64,000 bases of DNA, from contig NW_021830464.1 in NCBI RefSeq assembly GCF_006345805.1, positions 1 through 64,000 of the forward strand, written 5' to 3'. Source of the stretch: Octopus sinensis. Lineage: Eukaryota. The first letter of the stretch is position 1. Every line of letters begins with the position of its first letter. Under the pieces are notes generated by a model. That model did no database searches. It saw only the letters and a list, made by a program, of their open reading frames with translations, and had not been told where the DNA came from. The translations under genes were made by a program, and so were the position numbers. Shown here piece after piece: positions 1-12,900 of this stretch.

Positions 1-321
1 GTAACGCCTAGTACTTATTCTATGAGTATCTTTCGCCGAATCGCTAAGTTACAGGGACGTAAACACAACAGCATCGGTTGTCATGCGATTGCAGGAGAAC
101 AAACACAGACATACATACACACAGACACACACATATATGTATATTATATATATATATACTATCCGGTTTCTTCTAGATTCCGTCTTCCAAATCCACTCAC
201 AAGGCTTTCGTAGGCCTGAGGCTATAGCAGAAGCCACTTTCCCAAGGTGCTACGCTGTGGAACTCAACCCGGAACCATGAGGGTGCGAAGCAAGCTTTTT
301 TACCACACAGCCACGCCTGCG
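1..321 (-). mobile_element. tRNA-derived SINE, family A (cut by window edge)
   Basis: Reverse complement begins cgcaggcgtggctgtgtggtaaaaagcttgcttc, has a B-box-like ggttccgggttgagttcc and the ccttgggaaagtgg body; homologous to copies at 24020, 27002 and 50050. Confidence 0.85.
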
Positions 322-379
322 TCTATAAAAATATATATACGCATCAAACAATATATGTAATATATATATACATCAAACT

Positions 380-434
<55 letters not shown>

Positions 435-1180
435 AAGATCTGTATCAGACATTATTTTCATCAGCGTTTACTATAATCGTATATCGAAGGCGCATTCCCG
501 ATGTTTTCCGACTTTTTTCAGGAGAGACATTTATCAATTGCAGAGAAATACGAAACTCTAATCTCTTTTAAAGTAGGATCGTCTGACTTCAGTGCACTTA
601 TTGTAGCGTACAGAACTCACACAAACTGAAGGTGTCCACATGAGGTCAGAGACTGCATCATCTTGAAATCGTGTGTCCTTGAGGTTTTCTTTCAGCTTGC
701 AAAACAACAAAAAGTCGCAGAGAGCAAAGGTCTAGAAGTCTAGAAAGAGTGAAGGATAATTTTTGATGCCCTTTTCTGTCAAGTAGTTGGTTACCAAAAT
801 ACTTGTCGTTGTTCATCCTGCGTATATTCAGACCTTCATGATTAAGTCTATGTACAGTTACCAAGTCAATTCCAAATTGTATACTTGCTGTCTTTATAGA
901 CACCGACGGTCTTTATCCAGAAAATTGCAAATTTTCTAAAGAAGCTCTACTATTCTGGCTACACCTTTCACTGTCTCTCATCTCCTCTCTACCGCCCTCG
1001 AATCACTAGTGCTAGCCTAAAACTTAGCCTGTAATCAGTCTGGAGCACTCCGTAAGTTTGTGTAGCGTTTCTGCTATAAAGAATTATTGCATAGCCAGCG
1101 TCGTTTCGTCTCGACTGAATTCTGCAAAACCCTCAGCTTCGAGAGTAAAGTGCATTCAATGTGCTGTTACAGCCGTGCCC

Positions 1181-1564
1181 GGTGGAGGCGCAATGGCCCA
1201 GTGGTTAGGGCAGCGGACTCGCGGTCGTAGGATGCGCGGTTTCGATTCCCAGAACGGGCGTTGGTGTGAGTGTTATTGAGCGATGCGAAAACACCTAAAG
1301 CTCCACGAGGGGATGGTGATGATCCCTGCTGTACTCTTTCACCAAACTTCTCTCACTCTTACTTCCTGTTTCTGTGGTACCTGTATTTCAAAGGGCCGGC
1401 CTTGTCACTCTCTGTGTCACGCTGAATATCCCCGAGAACTGCGTTAAGGGTACACGTGTCCGTGGAGTGCTCAGCCACTTACACGTTAATTTCACGAGCA
1501 GGCTGTTCCGTTGATCGGATCAACCGGAACCCTCGTCGTCGTAACCGACGGAGTGCTTCCATCC
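1181..1564 (+). mobile_element. tRNA-derived SINE, family B, full length with TSD
   Basis: A box tggcccagtgg, B box gtttcgattcc, shared body and tail. 12-bp TSD acagccgtgccc (1169-1180) / acagccgtgtcc (1565-1576). Homologous to copies at 3326, 38942 and 48335. Confidence 0.9.
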
Positions 1565-1746
1565 ACAGCCGTGTCCTGAAATCTGGAATAACAACAGGTG
1601 TCAGGTCAGCTTCTTAGTTGTATAGAAATGATATACTAGATTTACAGTAATCTAGTTATAACTGCTTCTCCTGAAAGAATCTCAAAACTTCTGGAATGAC
1701 CTCATACGTTAAACACAACACACGCACACACACACACGCACACACA

Positions 1747-1788
<42 letters not shown>

Positions 1789-1963
1789 TGATCATTTGCT
1801 TGTTAATTTCATTTACATTCATTGAGATCAATTTAAAATTACCTGGATAATATAGAAACTTAACTAATAATGAGACGACTCAATAAATGCAGAATATATA
1901 ATCACTTATCGCTCACTTACACTCTCTTTCTCATTCACTCTCTCTGCGCAAGCACACATACAA

Positions 1964-2021
<58 letters not shown>

Positions 2022-2459
2022 ACACACACACATACATACACGCATACACTTAATATATATATATACAGGAAAGGCACTTACATATATAAACAAGCGCTCA
2101 CAATGGGCAATCTTAATTTAAACGTTGGGATGTAATTAAAATGATTAATATTCATTTAATTAAATGTTTATACAAGCATACGTACATCAGAGAACATTTT
2201 TACAATATAATTATTAAACATCAGACTCTTTCGGCTACAGTTTTATTCTTCGGATATAGCTTTCTCAATGAGCCGTAATAGATCTACTTCAGTCTTAAAA
2301 CATACTAGATATTCTCTTGTTGATTTTAATTTATTCTTTTTATCAGTTAACAAAAATATACAAGGAAAATAGTTGAGAATATGATCCGTGTGATCCATTG
2401 AGTGTTACTAAACTTGTTCAATGATTAAAAGCTTAGGAAATTAAATGTTTATAATTTAC

Positions 2460-2517
2460 GACTTAATTATACGTGTATATAATGTGTGTAACTATGTATG
2501 CATAAATATATATACAT

Positions 2518-2562
<45 letters not shown>

Positions 2563-2650
2563 TATATATATAATATATATATATTATATATATGTATATA
2601 AATATACGCATATACATATATATACATATACATATACATATATATATGCA

Positions 2651-2681
<31 letters not shown>

Positions 2682-3157
2682 CAAATATACGCATATACAT
2701 ATATATACGTATATATACATATATGAATACATATAGACATGTATATACATATATATATATGTATGTATGTACGTATTATATATGTACATATATATATATA
2801 CGTACATACACACATATAAATATAAATATATATATACATACACACATTATTTATATAAACATACATACATGTAATATATACATACATATATGTATATATA
2901 TACACATAATGCATATATATATATACATCCATATATGTATACACATACATTTATATATATATAAATTATATATATAAATGTATGTGTATACATATATGGA
3001 TGTATATATATATATGCATTATGTGTATATATATACATATATGTATGTATATATTACATGTATGTATGTTTATATAAATATATGTGTGTATGTATATATA
3101 TATTTATATTTATATGTGTGTATGTACGTATATATATATATGTACATATATATATAT

Positions 3158-3196
<39 letters not shown>

Positions 3197-3300
3197 CTAT
3201 ATATATATATATACATACATACACGTACATACGTATATGTATCCACACGTTCAAGCATATATACATACATATACATAACATATATACACATACAGTCACA
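2460..3300. repeat. Complex (TA)n/(CATA)n low-complexity array containing a long inverted repeat
   Basis: Near-pure AT dinucleotide mosaic; 2779-2960 is the reverse complement of 2968-3150. Confidence 0.9.
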
Positions 3301-3325
3301 AACTAAAAATATTTATTTATTTATA

Positions 3326-3690
3326 GTGGAGGTGCAATGGCTCAGTGGTTAGTGCAGCGGAATCGCGGTTTCGATTCCCAGATCGGGCGTTGTGAGTGTT
3401 TATTGAGCGAAAACACCTAAAGCTCCACGTGACTCCGGCAGTGGGTTGTGGCGAACCCTGCTGTTCTCTTTCACAACTACTTTCTCTCACTCTTTCTTCC
3501 TGTTTCTGTTGTACCTGTATTTCAAACGGCCAGCCTTGCACACTCAGTGTCACGCTGAATCTCACCGAGAACTACGTTAAGGGTACACGTGTCTCAGGAG
3601 TGCTCAGCCACTTGCACATTAATTTCACGAGCAGGCTGTTCCGTTGGTCGGATCAACTGAAACTCTCGTCATCCTAACCGACGGAGTGCC
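3326..3690 (+). mobile_element. tRNA-derived SINE, family B
   Basis: gtggaggtgcaatggctcagtggttag...cgacggagtgcc, colinear with 1181-1564. Confidence 0.9.
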
Positions 3691-3732
3691 ACGAGATACA
3701 CAACCACACCCACACACACACACACACACACA

Positions 3733-3781
<49 letters not shown>

Positions 3782-3897
3782 TATATACATATATATAACA
3801 TACGTACGTACAAACCCATATACATAAAGCATAAATATATACATTTACGTGCTGTATGTTTCATCGAATTGTACCTCAGTACTTTCTACCACCTACA

Positions 3898-3935
3898 ATC
3901 TTCTGATGATTGCCTAGGGCAGGAAACGTTGAGTG
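3898..3935 (+). ncRNA. Minimal type I hammerhead ribozyme-like motif (PLE type)
   Basis: CTGATGA (3903-3909), stem II TTGCC-tag-GGCAG, GAAA-C-GTT. Stem I is only about 3 bp (ctt/gag). Confidence 0.5.
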
Positions 3936-4079
3936 ATGCGATGTAAAATGGCTACAACTATTAACTGCATAAATTTCTGCTATATGAGGTATCCATTGCC
4001 ATTACCTTATTCATAGCAACATAAGTAAATATCATACACACACACACATATATGTATGTGTATATATATATTATGTAAG

Positions 4080-4117
<38 letters not shown>

Positions 4118-4136
4118 ATATTATAATATATATATC

Positions 4137-4198
<62 letters not shown>

Positions 4199-5404
4199 TA
4201 TACATATGTTTGTGTGTTCTATTGTTTGTTGATGAGAAGAGAGAGAGAAAATTATTAGAATCCTATACTTAGCGCGTTGCGCCATTAGGACTACAATTTA
4301 CTAATAGCAATACAGCTGGACTAAAAATATACTGATACGTTTAATCTTGAATATCATTTTCGAACAGGAACAGGGAAAAGATTATAAGTTACAAGAGAAT
4401 AAAATAGAAATAGACATACACTGCTGAAAAAGAGTCACACACATATGAAAACATATACGCAGGCGTACGCGTGGTTATATGCACACGCTCCGTAATAGTA
4501 CATTTTGGAATCTCGCGCTGAGATAACCGACAAGACAAAACTACAAGAGTTCACAATCCCTTAGGATTGTCGCTGCTCCTATTTAATGGGCTGAATATAT
4601 ATAGATAACCATTAATACAACCAGTAATTTGGGCTTTAGTTAATAACATAAATACATGATAGATATGAATAGAAATTTGGGATTCTTATGAGTTGTTCTA
4701 CCGTTGTAGTTCTACTGAAAATTTTATTAAAGTGAATTTCCTCTGTAAGTAGGAAGTCAAAATGGCCTTGTGAGTTTCTATCGGATATGTGCAGAGAAAG
4801 TGCAGAGAAATTAGTGCAATGCTGTCGTCAATTTTACAAAGTTCCCTCGTTGATTACAGTACTTTGTGGTTCTTGATTTGTAGGTAGTCATTGATTACAG
4901 AGCTGTGTGGTTTCTCATTTGTATTTAAGCCATTGTTTACAGCGCTACATGTATCTTAGTATATATTTTGATGCAGCAGGTCGTGTGAGACCTAAAAGCA
5001 TTTTGTCACAAAGTCAAACTAGTGTTCATAACAAAGTGTACACTTGATATTCATAAGCTAGTTGTCCGATAATCCTAGCGATGTAGTTGCTACATTAATA
5101 TAAAAGTTGATAACAAAACAATGAATTATATGATCTAAGTAATACTGACTCTGCAGACAACAGAAGAAATATTTATGAAGTCACTCAAGCCTTCAAATAT
5201 AGTCGTTATATTTCCCTCACTTCTCAAGTGAAGGTAAGATTTATTGGACAATATCTAGAAAAAAAAGCAATCCTCACCCATCAATATTATCTGTGATCGT
5301 ATTTAAATTCCATAAGGTCTAAGCCACTTTTAAGCAAACAAAAACGTTTCATTATTTACATTATTTATAATTGACGGATATTTGTCCTCATCTTGCTTGT
5401 TGTT

Positions 5405-5450
5405 AACACAACGTTTCGGCTGATATACCCTCCAGCCTTCATCAGGTGTC
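5405..5450 (-). ncRNA. Minimal type I hammerhead ribozyme with intact core
   Basis: Minus strand reads GACAC-CTGATGA-A-GGCTG-gagggtatat-CAGCC-GAAA-C-GTT-GTGTT: 5-bp stem I, 5-bp stem II, and palindromic AACGTT in place of stem III. Predicted cleavage after GUU (5410/5409). Confidence 0.75.
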
Positions 5451-5559
5451 TTGGAGAAATTTCGAACCTGGGTTCTCATTCCTAAGGTATTTTCCGGTTT
5501 TTGTTGTTGTTGTTGTTGTAGTTATTATCATTATTATGATTATGATTATTATTATTATT

Positions 5560-5625
5560 CAGGTCACTGCCTGGAATAGAACTCGGATGTTGGGGTTAGT
5601 AGACCGCGCTCTTAACAACTACGTC

Positions 5626-5626
<1 letters not shown>
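5560..5626 (-). promoter_or_regulatory. Degenerate tRNA-like Pol III head (A/B boxes)
   Basis: tgacgtagttgttaagagcgcggtctactaaccccaacatccgagttctattccaggcagtgacctg: A-box-like TGACGTAGTTG and B-box-like GTTCTATTCC at tRNA spacing. Confidence 0.65.
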
Positions 5627-5672
<46 letters not shown>

Positions 5673-5761
5673 TAATAATATAATAATAATAATAATAATA
5701 ATAATATAACAACATCAAAAATTACAGTAGGAATGAGAATCCAGGTTCGAAATTTCCCCAA

Positions 5762-5807
5762 GACACCTATTGAAGGCTGGAGAATCTATCAGCCGAAATG
5801 TTGCGTT
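5762..5807 (+). ncRNA. Mutated hammerhead copy (probably inactive)
   Basis: gacac-CTATTGA-aggctg...cagcc-GAAA-TGTT: core changes CTGATGA>CTATTGA and C>T after GAAA, while stem II pairing is retained. Confidence 0.6.
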
Positions 5808-5934
5808 AACAACAAACAAGATGAGGACTAATATCCGTCAATTGTAAGTAATGTAAATAATGTAACTAATGTAAATAATGTACATAATTTCTCATCTCTT
5901 AAATATAGAACAAAAACTGTTATTTACAATTTAG

Positions 5935-6430
5935 ACGCACGGATACCAGTTTTGGGGGAGAAACGGGGTAACCGGTTCAGTTGAGTGCATCGACTCTAGT
6001 TCTAGACTTATACTTTGTTTCATCGACCACAGAGAGAGACAAGGAAAAGCTGATCTCTGTTGGATTTCAACTCTGCCGACTTAAACATATAGGGCTTGCA
6101 GTTTTTAAGGTGGGTGTGATTTACGTCCACCACAATACCTGACTGGTACTTGTTTTATCGACAACGAAGAGATGAAAAATAAAGTCAAACACAGCAGAAT
6201 TTGAACTTACAGCGTAAAGTTGGACGGAATGTCGCTATGCAACTTTTGTCCCAGGCGCTAACCGCTTTTCCAGCTCACTGTCTTCAACATCAGCACAAAT
6301 ATCACAGATAAGAGCAATTTTGGGGGATGGAAAATTCAAGTCAATCAACCCCAGTTTTTAACTGGTACTTTTTTTAAAGGCTTCAGAAGGATAAAAAGCA
6401 AAGTCGGCCCTGGCGGACAGGCGCTACTGT
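5935..6430 (-). mobile_element. Degenerate head-to-tail copies of SINE family C
   Basis: About three repeats of ctggtactt..ttt.atcgac...gatgaaa...aaagtc...ggaatttgaact. Confidence 0.6.
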
Positions 6431-6959
6431 GCCACGCAACAAGTTATTTAGCGTGTTGACACAGAAAGGCAATTGACTAAATCGACTATATTATAAGCTT
6501 GATAATTCATTGCATTGATTCCTGAAGGATGAAAGTCAACTTCTATATTGATGCACCTTCAAAAGACTATTCCATTTTTTTTTTCCTTTCTGTGAAGATA
6601 ATTTTTATGTCTTCAATTTCCTTGCATACTTATATTCGTTCAAGCTTTAATGCTCGAGTGTGTCTCATGTGAAAGATATTGAATATATCTTTGATTTATT
6701 TCCATACTTAGTAATTGTTGAAGTCGTCATTCTCGAACATATTTTGCCATGTGAAAAATGTTATGTCGTCGATTTCTGTTCAGATTTAAGTTTGTTAAGG
6801 GTGTATACTTGAACAAATTTCGCCAAGTGAGATGTGTCGATTATGTCTTCGATGTGGTTCCATATTTAAGCTTGCTGTCGGCGCAATACTAGACTGTGTT
6901 TCGTCAGTTGATAGATTTAAGTAATATCTATACTGCAGAAAACTGCACATGTTCAAATA

Positions 6960-7083
6960 TGCAGTAGTAGTAGTAGTAAGAGTATTTGCGGAATCAGCAG
7001 CAGTAATGCCAGCAGCACTGACATCAGCTGTAGCAGTAACAGTGGTAGTAGTAGTAGTAGTAGTGGTGGTGGTGGTGGTGGTG

Positions 7084-7119
<36 letters not shown>

Positions 7120-7125
7120 GAAGTG

Positions 7126-7208
<83 letters not shown>

Positions 7209-7210
7209 TA
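6960..7210. repeat. (GTA)n/(GTG)n microsatellite
   Basis: Long trinucleotide runs. Confidence 0.95.
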
Positions 7211-7753
7211 AGAAGGATGGAGGACAAGGTGAACGCAATGTCGATGATGATGATGGAGAAGACGAAGGAGAGGAAGACGACAAAGAATACGATAAAAACA
7301 AAATGGACGGTTGCGAGAACAATAATAAAGAGATGAGAAAACAAAACAGATACTAAAAACAGAAGGGAGGTAATAAAACGAAAGTAAGAGACGGACGTAG
7401 TGAAGGAGAAGGAAGAGGTTGATAATGAGAGAGAAAGAGGGTGTATGAGGAGAAATGGATATGAAATGGATGAATAATAAGATGAACGGTATGGACAAGT
7501 TGAAGGCATGATGTTAATTGTGATGAGGCATCCAAAAGTATCACCAGGGTTTCAAATAACATATGTTCATATATTTAATGTTCATATATATTTAATACTT
7601 TTTTTTTTATTACTGTTGATTTTTTTTGTTTTAATTTTAGTTGTCTCTTTTGTGTCTTTTTGTTAGAGTAATTAAAATTCGGAACGAAACGCAAGTATGC
7701 CGAAACGCAAAAGGGCTTGAATAATATTTCAATTGCTGAAGGATACGAGATTC

Positions 7754-7801
<48 letters not shown>

Positions 7802-8339
7802 ATTATAAACGATGAATATGATAATGATGATGATGATAATGATAGATAAATAAATAACCTACACATATAAACGAAATGAATCCTTCACAGACATGACTAT
7901 GATGATGATGATGATGATTACGATGACGATAATGATGGTGATGATGATTGGTAGTCGGTATGATGTCTATAAAAGCTATCCAAATGTAATAACCTGAAAA
8001 TAAATAAAAGAAACAAAAGTATAATTTAAAAAAAAAAATCATCTCCTAATAATAGGAAAGGGATTCTTAGAAATTATTTAAAAAATGCATTGTGACACAT
8101 ATATAACCACATTCAAAGAACGAACAGAAAAAAAACAACATAATTTACATAGACAAAAGAAAAAAATATGATATGCGATGCACTGCTCATATAAACCACG
8201 TCGAGTATTTGCAATATTATTCAGAATATTATAGAAAAAAAATAAAAAGTATATTTAGCCAACATAAAGAGAACTCCTCCCAGTTATGAATGAAGACTCG
8301 CTTCATGAATATAATTCCTGGAATATGAATAATAATTAT

Positions 8340-9200
8340 TGCTGATTAAGGCACGTTGTCAGCTATTTTGAGAGGAAGGGCTAAGCTAGTAGACATCATC
8401 GATCCCTGAAATTGAGAGATACTTAATTTTATCATCCCCAAATGGATGAAAATCAATGTTAAACTCTGTGGGATTTTATCTCAGAACTTATAACTTATAA
8501 TGAAGGTATTTTCCAGATGTTTGAACGATTCTGCTCGTCTTTTGCAATAGCAGTAATAACTGTTTCAATTTTAGAAAGAAGGTCAACAATTTTGAGGGAT
8601 GTGGACCAAATTGATCACATCAATCTCAGTGCTTGACTGGTACTTTAGGATATCTACCTCGAAAGAATAAAGGGAAAGGTTTGCTCCAGCGGGATTTGAG
8701 CTCAGAAGGCAAAAAGCCAGCACAGATGTCATCAAGCATAAAATCCATCCGACTCACTAAGGATACTGCCAGCTCGCTGCCTTGCAATAACAATAATAAT
8801 GCATTCTACTATAGGCACAAAGCCTGAAATTTATTGGTGGTGGTGAGGGCTAGTCGATCACGTCAAGCTCAGAACTCGATTGCTACTTATTCTATGGACC
8901 CTGAAATTATGAAACATAAAAATTGTTCTCAGCGGAATTTGAACACAGAACATAAAGCAGCAAAAAATACTACTAAGCATTTTCTTCGGTGTGTTAACGA
9001 ATCTGCCAGTTCACCGCCTCGCAAAAGCAATAACAATTTTGATTTCAAATTTTGGCACAAGGCCAGAAATTAGAGGAGTAAGTCAATTACAACGATCCCA
9101 CTGTTCACCCGGTGCTTCTTTTATTGGACGAATTTAAACTCAGAGACCAGAGACGGAAGAAATACCACTAAACATTTTGCTTGGTATAGTAACGATTCTG
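8340..9200 (-). mobile_element. Tandem array of about four degenerate family C SINEs
   Basis: Repeated units of (aat)n-ggcacaa.gcc.gaaatt...tcgatc...gaatttgaactcaga...actaagcatttt at roughly 220-250 bp spacing. Confidence 0.65.
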
Positions 9201-10023
9201 TTAGGTCGTCGCCTTCATAGCATTAGTAATATTAACTGCTAGAGCTGAAGCCTAAAGACTTTGGTGGCAACACCAAAGCCGAAAGCGTGCTCAATGGCAA
9301 CTAGAAAATAAAATTAACTTCTAGATACATGGGACAATAATCGTATTTCTTTACTAGTTCCTTATTCTCAACAGAAAGGGAATATGTATATATTCACGGC
9401 CACACAAATAGCAAACATGTTTTTCTCTGTGACGAATGTAAAATGTCCAAAACGTTTTTTAATCTACTTCTAGCTTCAGTCTCACAGCTGTGCTTTCTTC
9501 TTTTTGACTTGGGTTTGTGGCTTTGGGTTCCGGATATTAATCTATATACACAGGCGCAACATATTAGCAGGCCTAACACACTGGAAGGTGTGCCATCTTT
9601 ATAGAAGAAATATCTGTTGCAAATAGTTGGTGCAAATACGGACTGTAAGAGAAGCGTGAGGTTGACAAGAATGCAAGTGACTTGGAACACCTCGGTTGAG
9701 ACTATCAACTAATACATTACTATATAGGGGATTATAATAAACAGGACATATTTTACTTTCAAATACCACCAGGTAATTAATATTTTACATTTGTTCTGCA
9801 TCAACAGGCGATAATATGTATCTATTAAATGAGATATGAAATTATTCAAATGCAAAAGTCTGGAAACAAAGTCAAACAGAATGTAAGGTTTGTATCCCGA
9901 AAGAATCCCTTTAATAAAATGTATCGAAAATGCTATCAAAAATCCAATGCTATCAAAAATGGATACGAAACAGATGAACTAGCAAAGAAACCTACACTTG
10001 CACATATTAACAGGATAGACAGT

Positions 10024-10156
10024 ATCGTATTACAGGCGTAGGAGTGGCTGCGTGAAAAGGCGTAGGAGTGGACGTGTGGTAAGTAGCCCGGCCTTTTGCC
10101 TCGGAGGGTAACTTTCTAGGTGCAACCCCATGGTCATTCATGACCGAAGGGGGTCT

Positions 10157-10158
<2 letters not shown>
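10024..10158 (+). mobile_element. Chimeric SINE: duplicated family A 5' end fused to family D 3' tail
   Basis: ggcgtaggagtgg occurs twice, followed by tgcctcggagggtaactttctaggtgcaaccccatggtcattcatgaccgaagggggtctc, which matches the D tail at 61150-61211. Confidence 0.75.
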
Positions 10159-10225
<67 letters not shown>

Positions 10226-10226
10226 A

Positions 10227-10280
<54 letters not shown>

Positions 10281-10667
10281 GTATATATATATAAAGGCTT
10301 ATTTGTGACTGAGTGATACATATGGCTCAGAAATCTCAGGAATGAGAAGCATGTACAATATTGGCATCTACGATGTTAAACTGTTTTTGACCATTGAAAT
10401 ATTTGCCAAGGAAGACGTCCATCACCAGGTGCAGAGACCACTAACTTGAAAAAAAAACGCTCCAAGTTATAACATGCATGCGAAAGCCACAGACGGCGCT
10501 TGGGGAGTAACATTTAAAAATGTCAGAAGAGGGGCAACGTAGTCGGAGGTACAGATGAGATACGGATCTGGTTTATTAGATCGGGTGATATGTGTGGGTG
10601 TCCCCTCCAGAGCTCAGGATGTCCCTTGGGTAAAACAGCAAAATTAATGTATCTATGAACTCGAAGT

Positions 10668-11605
<938 letters not shown>

Positions 11606-11629
11606 AATCGTAATAATAATAATAATAAT

Positions 11630-11895
11630 CAGCTATGACGATGTAAAGTTGGGAATACGAATGAGGAGAGTAGACGTGATACGAATAACATTTGACGCAC
11701 TTTGAATGTATCAGCACTCAACTATCAACACGAGTAAAAAATGGTACAAGGCAGAACACCTCCAAAAATCAGTGTTGCTTGAAACTGCAAGAATTCTTCG
11801 CAGGGTTCTTGAAGAATGACCAGTAAACAAGTGTCACCTTATTTTGCTGGCTTTGGACAGTTGACACTTTCCATCATACCCAGTAAAATAAGAAT
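11630..11895 (+). mobile_element. 3' fragment of a second R4/Dong-like retrotransposon
   Basis: Translates to ...RMRRVDVIRITFDAL*...EHLQKSVLLETARILRRVLEE*, a typical RLE C-terminus; starts directly after (TAA)n. Confidence 0.8.
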
Positions 11896-12055
11896 GTCTA
11901 GTATTAGACATTCACTAGTACATCACAAAAAGAAAAAAAAACAAATATATGGCACAGAACTTCCAACCTGTTGTCTCTTGAGGTCTCTGGGTGAGACTTG
12001 GAGCCAACTTGTACAGACATAAAGCAAAAGTCAAACACAGAATAATAATAACAAT
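11896..12055 (+). mobile_element. Probable 3' UTR of a further LINE ending in (AAT)n
   Basis: Non-coding segment ending aaagtcaaacacagaataataataac within the RLE stack; assigned by context. Confidence 0.45.
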
Positions 12056-12069
12056 AAATGCAATGATGC

Positions 12070-12615
12070 AGTACCAGGCAGTGGTTCTCCTAGCTTCTGA
12101 TCTTAATTGATTGGAAGTGTTATCATGACATTGTTTTGTATTGGTATACAAGATGCGATATAGCAAATATTCTGCTCAATATCACAGATTTGCTTGTCAG
12201 TTGTTTGACCTTAACCAGTTGAGCATGTACCTTAATGGCTGACGATATGTGCATCTCTGAACATGAGCAGAAGTAGTGGGGGGGGGCATCATAGCGATGT
12301 GTTGAGAGGGATTGTTTGGGGTTTGAATAATTCACCTCTGGAAACATGGGTGTTTCATTCAACATCCTTAAACAACCCTTATTCAGGGACTCTTTGAGCG
12401 GGATGGGTTATTTGACCAGAGGAAAATTCTAACTGGGCCCCACTTGCAAGGTCATGTGCTGTTTATCTTGATATGAGATCACCATGTCGTGCACATATGG
12501 TTGTGATGCATGTGCCTAGTGTACACTTATCAGACGTGTAGTCAGGATGGGTATACTGGGCTTCGTATATTTTACCCCAGTGTCACTTTGATGGCATGCA
12601 ATACTCTCTCACCCA
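12070..12615 (+). mobile_element. Probable long LINE 3' segment/UTR ending in (AAT)n
   Basis: Higher-GC block bounded by AAT-type repeats, contiguous with the RLE stack; no ORF recognised. Confidence 0.45.
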
Positions 12616-12679
12616 ATCATAATAATAATAATAACAGCAACAACAACAACAATAATAATAATAATAGTAATAATAATAA

Positions 12680-12900
12680 TAATGCTTTCCACTATAGGCA
12701 AAAAGCTTGAAAGTTTGGGGGAGGGAGCAAGTCGACAACATCGTCCTCCGTACTCAACTGGTACTTACATTATCGACCGTGAAAAGATGAAAAGCACAGT
12801 CGCCCTCGACAAAATTTGAACTCAGAACAAGAAGACGGACTAAGCACTTCGCTAAGCACTTCGCCCGGTGTGCTTTTAAAGACCCTGCCAACTCGCTGCG
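12680..12900 (-). mobile_element. SINE family C with (ATT)n tail
   Basis: tttccactataggcaaaaagcttgaaagttt...caactggtactta...aaatttgaactcagaac...gctaagcacttcgcccggtgtg...ctgccaactcgc. Confidence 0.8.

Larger units (their letters stand above)
5350..5885. mobile_element. Inverted-repeat element: two ~150-bp arms carrying hammerhead motifs, flanking a tRNA-like head and (AAT)n tracts
   Basis: 5350-5495 is the reverse complement of about 5712-5870 (taggaatgagaa...gacac...aacaagatgaggac..atatccgtcaatt). Central 5560-5626 is tRNA-like on the minus strand. Confidence 0.8.

Noticed and set aside
658-1180. Complex sequence with minus-strand ORF, possible LINE remnant
   Set aside because: No diagnostic motif could be identified by eye.
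9829-10041. TDELAKK resembling the RNase H C-terminal motif
   Set aside because: Single short motif with no other catalytic residues in frame.
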